DNA of 20,000 bases. It comes from an uncultured virus (IMG/VR IMGVR_UViG_3300010370_000031). Lineage: Duplodnaviria; Heunggongvirae; Uroviricota; Caudoviricetes. This document shows, one piece after another, positions 1-7,300 of the stretch. The DNA is taken from IMG/VR virus record IMGVR_UViG_3300010370_000031; one strand, written 5' to 3'. The translations under genes were made by a program, and so were the position numbers. Position 1 is the stretch's first letter. Each line of letters begins with the position of its first letter. The notes under the pieces are model-generated. The model was not told the origin of the DNA, ran no database searches, and saw nothing but the letters and a program-made list of their open reading frames with translations.

Positions 1-975
1 ATGAGTAAAATTACCTCCGAGAGTAATTGTCTTAGTGCCGTTATTGACACCAGTGCCACCAAAGGTTGGTGAAATAATAGTGCCATTCCAAACACCAGTT
101 GTAATAGTGCCTACTGAAGTTAGATTAGAAGAAACAATTCCACTACCCAGCGCGGTAGACCCTATTACGGTAGTGCCATTAATTTTATAAGTTTTCCCTT
201 CGGCAAGATTCCAACTTTCTGATGAAGACCACGAAGTAAAACCATGACTATAAGTTAATGTGACACCAGTAGTGCCAACATTAAATCCAGACCCATCAGC
301 AGCTGCTGCACTACTTGTGCCATTAGCGATAATTACAACTTTGTCTGTTACTGCTAAATCAGTTGTACTAATAGTAGTAGTAGCACCTTGTACAAGTAAA
401 TCTCCAGTAATAGTTAAGTTACCAGTTACTGTTGCTACTGTGCCGTTGTCACCAATAATAGAATCAGTGAATTGACCATCAGTATCATTCCATTTAGTTA
501 ATTTATTTTGTGAAAGATTATCACCATTTTTAATAGCAACTGTTACATCAGTTGCACCATCAAAGAATCCGCCAGATAATCCTGTGCCAATTGTAAGAGT
601 TTTATCAATAGCTGCTTCAATAGTAATATTTTGACTACCATCAAAAGCAACACCATTAATTGTTCTTGCTGTTGCTAATTTAGTGGTAGTATCAGCATTT
701 CCTACTAAATCACCAGTAAAAGTCTGAGAAAAAATATTTGCAAACTTGAAAGAAGCAGACCCAAGATTATAAGTTGTATTAGCAGAAGGTAATACAGTAG
801 CACCAAAATTGGCGTTGGACATATTTGCCCTTGCCATTTCGTAACCACCTGCAGTTACGCCATCATGCAACCTCAAAGCATAATTGCTGAGATTTACTGA
901 TAACTCTCCTTGAGCACCAATAAAATTATTATTTTGAGTTGCAGTGCCTCTTCTAAACTGTACTTGGGTTGCCAT
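1..975 (-). CDS. Phage tail fibre protein with Mtd_N/gp37-N-like N-terminal domain (partial; C-terminus lies beyond position 1)
   Basis: Not in the ORF track because its stop is outside the window. Hand translation from ATG at 975 is open for 325 codons: MATQVQFRRGTATQNNNFIGAQGELSVNLSNYALRLHDGVTAGGYEMARANMSN...NADTTTKLATARTINGVAFDGSQNITI...GDLLVQGATTTISTTDLAVTDK...WSSSESWNLAEGKTYKING...SNLTSVGTITTGVWNGTIISPTFGGTGVNNGTKTITLGGNFTH. These are typical fibre motifs. SD-like AAGGA lies upstream (982-987). Confidence 0.88.
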   Translation of the reverse strand, partial: MATQVQFRRGTATQNNNFIGAQGELSVNLSNYALRLHDGVTAGGYEMARANMSNANFGATVLPSANTTYNLGSASFKFANIFSQTFTGDLVGNADTTTKLATARTINGVAFDGSQNITIEAAIDKTLTIGTGLSGGFFDGATDVTVAIKNGDNLSQNKLTKWNDTDGQFTDSIIGDNGTVATVTGNLTITGDLLVQGATTTISTTDLAVTDKVVIIANGTSSAAAADGSGFNVGTTGVTLTYSHGFTSWSSSESWNLAEGKTYKINGTTVIGSTALGSGIVSSNLTSVGTITTGVWNGTIISPTFGGTGVNNGTKTITLGGNFTH

Positions 976-993
976 TACTTTTTCCTTATAATA

Positions 994-1524
994 TTATACG
1001 TTAGTTTCTAAATCAACTTGATAAATTCTTCCTTCTGGGCCCATCATATCCCAAAAACCAATAGTAGATACTCCAAAAGCATCCACAGTATTTGCTAGTG
1101 GATTATTTGGATCTGAATTGGCGTTATAATCACCAGTGGGAAACAAAGCAAGTCCAGGGATTTCAATCCACTGGACTCCAGCTCCTGTTGTTGCTAGAAC
1201 ATTACCAGGCGACCCTGTGCTGCCATTAGCAGTCAGAGTTCCTAATAATTTTAAATTGGTTGCATTTACATAAAAACCATCCCAAGATAAATTGGGAGAT
1301 GCTCCATATTCTCCGTTATCATTAAATTGAAATTGTCCATTACTACCAGCAAGAGTAGTAGCAGATCCAACATCAACAATAGATTCTACACCGTTCTGAT
1401 TTTTCTTGAGGAATAATTTACCTTCAAAGGTATTGATGGCTAATTCACCTAAGTCAAGATGCCCTACCTCAGGAAATCTCCCAGGTACGGACGTACGTTT
1501 AATTCTAATCTTAGGTGCTGCCAT
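994..1524 (-). CDS. Short tail-fibre/connector protein with a T4 gp37-like N-terminal domain
   Basis: 176-aa ORF. The N-terminus IRIKRTSVPGRFPEVGHLDLGELAINTFEGKLFLK resembles the recalled T4 gp37 N-terminus (IQFKRSK...LAEGELAINLKD). Fibre motifs AGSNGQFQFNDNG and ANGSTGSPGNVLATTGAGVQW follow. SD GAGGAAG at 1529-1535. Confidence 0.75.
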   Translation of the reverse strand: MAAPKIRIKRTSVPGRFPEVGHLDLGELAINTFEGKLFLKKNQNGVESIVDVGSATTLAGSNGQFQFNDNGEYGASPNLSWDGFYVNATNLKLLGTLTANGSTGSPGNVLATTGAGVQWIEIPGLALFPTGDYNANSDPNNPLANTVDAFGVSTIGFWDMMGPEGRIYQVDLETNV

Positions 1525-1546
1525 ATGGCTTCCTCTCAGTCAGTGC

Positions 1547-1554
1547 TATTTAGC
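1547..1554 (-). promoter_or_regulatory. Putative T4-type late promoter variant (GCTAAATA)
   Basis: Plus-strand TATTTAGC in the intergenic gap, 22 nt upstream of the 176-aa start. Only the TAAATA core matches the consensus. Confidence 0.5.
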
Positions 1555-1566
1555 GGAGGGTAGACT

Positions 1567-1788
1567 TTATGTAAAGTCTTCTTGGACAGTATTTACTGCC
1601 TTCTTTTTGGTTGTCCCAGTGGATTTATCAGATTCTAACTCGGTAATTTTTTCCCTGAGGGAGTTTACTGTCTGCGTTAGAATATTACCTCTGGTCTCTA
1701 AAATAATGTTTTGTTGGACTAAATCCGACAAACGCTTTTGATAAACTTGAATCAATGAATTGTAATCAATTTCGACATCATTAGACAT
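1567..1788 (-). CDS. Small coiled-coil hypothetical protein (possible fibre assembly chaperone)
   Basis: 73 aa with heptad-like pattern LIQVYQKRLSDLVQQNIILETRGNILTQTVNSLREKITELE. SD GGAG at 1795-1798. It fills the gap between two fibre genes. Confidence 0.75.
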   Translation of the reverse strand: MSNDVEIDYNSLIQVYQKRLSDLVQQNIILETRGNILTQTVNSLREKITELESDKSTGTTKKKAVNTVQEDFT

Positions 1789-1805
1789 AATTTACTCCAT
1801 ATAAA

Positions 1806-3299
1806 TCAGAATGTACCGCCGTCAACGAGTGTATTAATTAACTCAAAAGTGCCAGCGTTATTATTTAAAACTTGATTAGTTGCAGTGCCGAAACTACCTA
1901 ACCAAAGACCTTTCATCTGCACATTTGCTAGTGTGCCAGATAGTTGAGGACCAGCAGCTTCAGTTGTATCATCTACGAATAAGAATCCAGTGTTACCATC
2001 CCAGAAAATCGAAGATGTTTTGGCGGATGTATCGTAGTAGTGGAATCTGAAACCACGGTCAGATGAAGTTGCTGAAGTTGGAGCTCCACCACTTACTGTG
2101 CCTAATTCTAAAACAGGGTCATCATAAGTTGTAACGGTTGAGTTAGAAGTTGTCGTGCTACCATTAACAGTTAAGTTACCAGCAACAGTTACGTTTGCTC
2201 CAGAAAGAGTAATAGCAGTTGTGCCACCACTTGACTTGATATCGTTACCAGTAACAGTTAAATCTCCAGCAACTGAAACATCATTACCACTGTAAGTGAT
2301 AGGAGAATTTACTAACTGGTCGTTAGTATTATCCCAACCCATGATAGTAGCATCAGCAAGTGCGCTACCATTCTTGAGTTGAATATCATCAGCATTAACT
2401 GTGATGCCAATACCAGCACCAACTGCTAAATCTACTGTTTGTCCTTCGCCAGCAGATGAAGTTTTTGTTAAACCCGCACCAGCAGTTACATCTTCAACAT
2501 AGTTACCAGTGGTATCTGTACCAAGAGCAACTGAGTTAGCAGCAATAGTAGCAGTTAAAGTAGCATTTGCTAAATCAGTAACAGTTACGCTACCAGTTAA
2601 ATCACCACCAAGAGTAATTGTGAAATCTGCAACATTGAAATCAAGATGACCATTTGCGTCATCATAAGTAACAGCAATACCACTTTCTTGGTTGGTGGTT
2701 GTTACCATAGCACCAACAATATCTTGCACTCTCTCAGCATTGATAGTTACTGATCCAGATGAAACAGCAAAATCAGTAGTTGGAAAAATTGCAACACCAG
2801 CGTTGGTGTCTGTTGCTAACTCAGCAGCAATAGTAACAGTGTTATTAGTAATCGAAGTATCAATACCTTCTCCGCCAGTAAAGGTGAGTGTCTCTCCAGT
2901 ATTGATGCTATCTGTGCCAGTATCGCCAGCAATAGATAAATTACTTACAACTTCTGCCCAAGAAGTAACACCGTTTGCATCTGTCTTTAAAAAATAGTTA
3001 GCAGTTGGTGTTGCTGGGAGAGTATAAGTGGTGTTTGATGCTGAAGTATCAGGTGCTTTAATCGAAACACTACCGCCACCACCAGCGCCAGTCTTTGAGT
3101 GAAGTTTTACTGATTGTCCAGTAGATGTAGTTTCTTTAACCCAGTAGCGGGCAGAACCAAGGAATTTGTTGTTATTGGTTGTGCCGTCAAGTCCCAAATA
3201 AAAATTATATTCATCATTAACAAATGCTGGTTCACCTGCAGCTAAAGCTGGAAGGTTTGCTTGCAAACCTCTCTTAAACTTAATCGTTGGTGCCGCCAT
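1806..3299 (-). CDS. Tail fibre protein (N-terminal IKFKRG...GEP head, T/G-rich beta repeats, C-terminal DGGTF)
   Basis: 497 aa with fibre motifs TTYTLPATPTANYFLKTDANGVTSW, TLTFTGGEGIDTSITNNTVTI, ATDTNAGVAIF, TIAANSVALGTDTTGNYV and GNLTVNGSTTTSNST. SD AGGA and a late promoter lie upstream. Confidence 0.85.
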   Translation of the reverse strand: MAAPTIKFKRGLQANLPALAAGEPAFVNDEYNFYLGLDGTTNNNKFLGSARYWVKETTSTGQSVKLHSKTGAGGGGSVSIKAPDTSASNTTYTLPATPTANYFLKTDANGVTSWAEVVSNLSIAGDTGTDSINTGETLTFTGGEGIDTSITNNTVTIAAELATDTNAGVAIFPTTDFAVSSGSVTINAERVQDIVGAMVTTTNQESGIAVTYDDANGHLDFNVADFTITLGGDLTGSVTVTDLANATLTATIAANSVALGTDTTGNYVEDVTAGAGLTKTSSAGEGQTVDLAVGAGIGITVNADDIQLKNGSALADATIMGWDNTNDQLVNSPITYSGNDVSVAGDLTVTGNDIKSSGGTTAITLSGANVTVAGNLTVNGSTTTSNSTVTTYDDPVLELGTVSGGAPTSATSSDRGFRFHYYDTSAKTSSIFWDGNTGFLFVDDTTEAAGPQLSGTLANVQMKGLWLGSFGTATNQVLNNNAGTFELINTLVDGGTF

Positions 3300-3331
3300 T
3301 TAATGATTCCTATCTATACGATTTCTCTTAC

Positions 3332-3339
3332 TATTTATG
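3332..3339 (-). promoter_or_regulatory. T4-type late promoter (CATAAATA)
   Basis: Plus-strand TATTTATG in the intergenic gap, 32 nt upstream of the 497-aa start; 7/8 match to TATAAATA. Confidence 0.7.
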
Positions 3340-3350
3340 AATTAGAATAC

Positions 3351-3695
3351 TTAAAATCCACCTGCGTCAACATCAATAAGATTATCCAATTCAATATCCA
3401 ATTCATCGATAAATGGTTGTGGTAATCCAGGTGATACTGGTTCAGTTTGTGAAGCAGCAGTATTCAATACTACATCTGGATTGACAAATTTATATTTTCT
3501 TGCTATCGCATCATAAACCATAACATAATTATTTGTAGTGTTTCCTGTTTTATCTAAAGCAGAGGAATCTACATTCCCTAAATCTTCTAGTGACTGTGCC
3601 AAGAGTTGTGTGGTAGATAAACGGAGATTTGTTGCTGATGTGAGTTGCGCGGTAATATTATTACCATATGTCATTTTTACGGTGTATTCTGACAT
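3351..3695 (-). CDS. Small fibre-associated connector protein ending in DAGGF
   Basis: 114 aa containing the fibre-type repeat LEDLGNVD...NYVMVYDAIARKYKFV. Its start overlaps the upstream stop (TAATG at 3693-3697). Confidence 0.75.
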   Translation of the reverse strand: MSEYTVKMTYGNNITAQLTSATNLRLSTTQLLAQSLEDLGNVDSSALDKTGNTTNNYVMVYDAIARKYKFVNPDVVLNTAASQTEPVSPGLPQPFIDELDIELDNLIDVDAGGF

Positions 3696-4027
3696 TAAGT
3701 AACTCCTGGGGATACGGTTACGATTCCTTCTGCCACTCTAGTTTTTACACCACCGCTAGATGTAATCACTAAATCATAAACATAACGTCCAGGTTTTAAA
3801 ATTTTTGTGGCAAAGTTACTCATTGATAACTTCAACTTACCATCAGCTCTATTAACAAAAGAGACACCAAAAGTATTATAAGATGAAGCAGTGTGAGTTT
3901 TTCTAATCTTTGATTCCGCCGTATACCCAGTAAGGTCGAGAGGAACATTATTAGCAGATGTCACAGTAAATTGTGCTTCAAAATCTGCTCCTTGCTCCAC
4001 AACTAAATTTACAGGTATAGCTGCCAT
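3695..4027 (-). CDS. Ig-like beta-sandwich virion adaptor (BppU-N / T5 p132 LtfC-like fibre-attachment protein)
   Basis: 110 aa with the pattern NLVVEQGADF...PLDLTGYTAESKIRK...GKLKLSMS...LKPGRYVYDLVI...TRVAEGIVTVSPGVT, a family common in cyanophage structural regions. Confidence 0.75.
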   Translation of the reverse strand: MAAIPVNLVVEQGADFEAQFTVTSANNVPLDLTGYTAESKIRKTHTASSYNTFGVSFVNRADGKLKLSMSNFATKILKPGRYVYDLVITSSGGVKTRVAEGIVTVSPGVT

Positions 4028-4037
4028 TACTACCTAC

Positions 4038-4072
4038 AAAAAACCCTTCGTATAGTATTTATACGAAGGGTT
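4038..4072 (-). terminator. Rho-independent terminator downstream of the 68-aa gene
   Basis: Perfect 13-bp inverted repeat AACCCTTCGTATA (4042-4054) / TATACGAAGGGTT (4060-4072) with a 5-nt loop. The minus strand has a U6 tract (A 4038-4043). The hairpin begins 5 nt after the stop codon at 4078-4080. Confidence 0.85.
4056..4063 (-). promoter_or_regulatory. T4-type late promoter TATAAATA (perfect), embedded in the terminator hairpin
   Basis: Plus-strand TATTTATA at 4056-4063, 28 nt upstream of the 110-aa start. Confidence 0.8.
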
Positions 4073-4077
4073 GAAAA

Positions 4078-4284
4078 TCATTCTTCAGTTGCCGTTTCTT
4101 CTTCAGGCAATTCACCCAAATCTTGCGATTCTGATTTTTCAAGCAATTCTAAAGTTTCTAATCCACCCTGAAGTTTGAGTTTATACTCTTGTGCTTTTGC
4201 TAATTCTGCTTGAATTTGAGCAATTTTTTCATCAATTTCTTTGAGTTGATTTTGAAAATTTTCTTTCAGACCAGTAGTATCCAT
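4078..4284 (-). CDS. Small acidic coiled-coil hypothetical protein
   Basis: 68 aa, helical heptads (LKEIDEKIAQIQAELAKAQEYKLKLQGGLETLELLE) and an acidic tail. It has its own upstream late promoter and downstream terminator. Confidence 0.75.
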   Translation of the reverse strand: MDTTGLKENFQNQLKEIDEKIAQIQAELAKAQEYKLKLQGGLETLELLEKSESQDLGELPEEETATEE

Positions 4285-4308
4285 ACGCTTAAAATAACAA
4301 CGCGATGT

Positions 4309-4316
4309 TATTTATT
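4309..4316 (-). promoter_or_regulatory. T4-type late promoter (AATAAATA)
   Basis: Plus-strand TATTTATT in the intergenic gap, 24 nt upstream of the 68-aa start; 7/8 match to the consensus. Confidence 0.65.
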
Positions 4317-4328
4317 ATAGCACATATG

Positions 4329-7300
4329 TCAAGAGATTACGTAATTTTTTTGAATAATTAAACGATTGAGATAATCATTTTGATCAGCTGCTGGTGTATA
4401 TCTAAGTCTTACATTACCTCCAGAAATATCTGCGCTAAATGTTCCTAGCAATTTATTATTAAAAATAGTGGAGTATTCTGACAGATAAACATCAGTGCCA
4501 TCGTTAAGTAGCATTATTTCAGTTGAATGAATATAATTATTTACTGTATTTTTAATTTGAATTAAATATTTTGCAGTGTTGACACTAGATGCTCCAAATT
4601 GATCTAAAGTGATAGTTGACGAAGAAATTGAATCTATTACTTCTAAGTTATCTAAAATTCTTACAATTTTAATGACGCCATAATTTTGTGTGTCATTGCC
4701 AGATTGGTAATACAAAAATGGTGGAGCATTTTGTGGTACTGTAAATCTAACTATACTGTTGGATGTATTACCATTTCCAATGACACCAGTAGAATATAAG
4801 TTTGCTCCTATTGCTCCTGGTGACGTGACAATATTGAATGGATGTCCAGTAATATCTCCTAAATCAAATACGTATTCTTTTCCAGGTAATAATTGTAAAT
4901 CTGGTAATACCCCTAAATCTTGTGAAATATTTACATCTAAAATTTTATATTTGTTAGATTCTTTAGTAACTTGGAATGTTGGAACTCCCGACACGCCAAT
5001 TCCAATTTGAATTTCACTGGGGTTTGCTGGTAATAGACCAGGGTTTCCCAAAAGAGTTCTCGAACCAATATTTTGAATTTTTCCTAATGTTATTCCTTTT
5101 TCTCTAAGATCAATAACATTTTGTTGATTGATATCAAATAAACTATACTTATACCTAGCAACACCTAGACTACTAGATCCAGATGTTTGTCCAGATGAAT
5201 ATGATGCAGAAGCAACATCTAATTCAACAAATCCACTTTCTTGAATTTGTCCAAGTGTTACTTGACCGCCACTAATATAACTGCCAGGATTGGTTGACTT
5301 GTCTACAGTAAAAGTATCACTATCTATTAATGTGATGATGTAAGTACCATTGAAAGAATCAGGAATAATTCCTTCTACTTCTACTGCATCACCAGTGTTT
5401 AATAAATGTGTGACGGATGTGTTGAATGTAATTTTATTTGTTGTTGAATTCCAAGAAGCCGAAGAAATATTTTTTGGGGTGCCAGTTTTTTTAATTATTT
5501 CTCTGGATCCAGCAACTGTAACAGCGGAATTTTGTGGTGGTAGAATACCTTTTACAACTGGTGTAAATTTACTAATACCACTGAGATAACTATCTTCATT
5601 TGCAATTCCAGTGCCTAATCTAGAAGGAGATAAAATGCCAGAAACAATAGCTGCAGCATCTAATTGATTGAGTGATAACAATTCCCAATTATCTGGATCT
5701 GTTGCGGGTAATTGGGAAAGAATCCACGTTTGTAATACTGTATTTGGATCTCCGTCTATTTCATTTTTTTGAATTGCAATATCACCTGCTTTTAAAGCAC
5801 TACCCAAGAAAGATAGAGATGCACCAACTGTTAAAGGTGGTAATGTTTGATCTACCGTAATAGTATTTGTTGTGGTATCAATACCACCAACAACAATTCT
5901 TGTATTTGATGGAATCCCCGCACCAACTACACGCAATCCATCTCTCAAATTAACTACATTGTTTAATGTAATTGTGGTATTAGTGTTAGAAACTAAAGTT
6001 TTGATGGAAATTGGAATATATTCCTGTAGTCTTTCCGCTTCAGTTTCAATTGTATAAACCACAAATTGTTGTGATTGTGGTAACTGAGAGACATCAATTT
6101 TTCCATTTGAATCTAACTGTACAATCAGACCAGGAATACTAGATGTTCCTTTATTCAATCCAACAAAATTACCTAAAACGGATGATTTGTTAATGTAATC
6201 TCTAACCGCTTTTTGTGTTGGTAATACAGTATGTGCAGTATTAACTGCTCCCCCAAGATTATCATCTGGAGAAAATTTGAAAATAGGTACTCCTGGAGAT
6301 CCTTTAAGTTGTAAAGAATCTAATACACCAAGAGCAACAGATCCGCTAAATGATACTTTACCACTTCTCAAGTCTACATTAAAAAATGGTCCAACGCTAA
6401 AATTACCACTTTGATCCGTGGCACTAACATAACACTTTCCAGAATCTACCTCTACATTTTGTGCTGCTGTTACAGTAATACCACCATTTTGAGGGAATGC
6501 GGTATAATTAATTCCAGATCCTACATATTCAAAAGTGTGACCAGAGCTATTAACTGTTGATGGTGAGAATAATTGAATTTGTGCGTTGTTTGGTATTGCT
6601 GCTACCTGAGCATTTGTTAGTGGGAAATTAGTTGTGAATTGAGTATTGTTGCCTTCAACATAACTTAAAATCTCACCAACCACTTGCTCATTACCATTAG
6701 GATCTAAACCAAGACCAGGAATTTTTATAACAAAATTTGGTATTGGTGGAGCTTGGAAACCAGTTACTGTTAATCTTGTATATACAGCGCCAGTTGCGAT
6801 AGTAATTTCTCCAGTAGAAGATCCTGGCGTATTTGAATAACTTTCATTCCAAGGAATATCTAATAGAATTGAAATTCTATTAGTTTGGAAATCTACAGTA
6901 TCAATAACTTTACCAGCGCCATTTATAGATGGTGTTGATGTGTGGTTAGAAATTGTTACTGCTTGCCCTCTTTCAAATTTGCCAATATCAATAATAGAAA
7001 CTTCTATAGATGCTCTTACCTTGGTCCCTCCAGCTGCCGAAGTAAAAATTGTGCCGATAATATTACTTGGAGTTTGATTAACATCTGTTTTAGTAATATT
7101 TTGTACGGATGAAACTTGACCACTCGAAAAAATAGGCAATACATTATCAGAGAATCCAACCGCCTTCAATCCCTCATCACCAAAGTTTGTAGCTGAGTTA
7201 GTAATTGAAGCATAACCACCAGATTCACAAAGAACGCCAACTGCTTCAAATACTTGGAAAACTGATACTAACTGAGTATATGCATCATTCTTCATATGGA

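Noticed and set aside
1..975. Diversity-generating retroelement suggested by the Mtd_N-like head
   Set aside because: No reverse transcriptase, Avd or adenine-variant TR/VR repeat pair is visible in the window. Mtd_N-like heads are common without DGRs, and the gene's C-terminus lies outside the window.
987..998. 12-bp palindrome TATAATATTATA at the end of the 176-aa gene
   Set aside because: It is A/T only in an AT-rich genome, has no loop or U tract, and does not match TATAAATA; likely chance.
3690..3715. Programmed frameshift fusing the 110-aa and 114-aa proteins
   Set aside because: No slippery heptamer precedes the stop (CCAGGAGTTACTTAATG). The TAATG overlap is explained by ordinary translational coupling.
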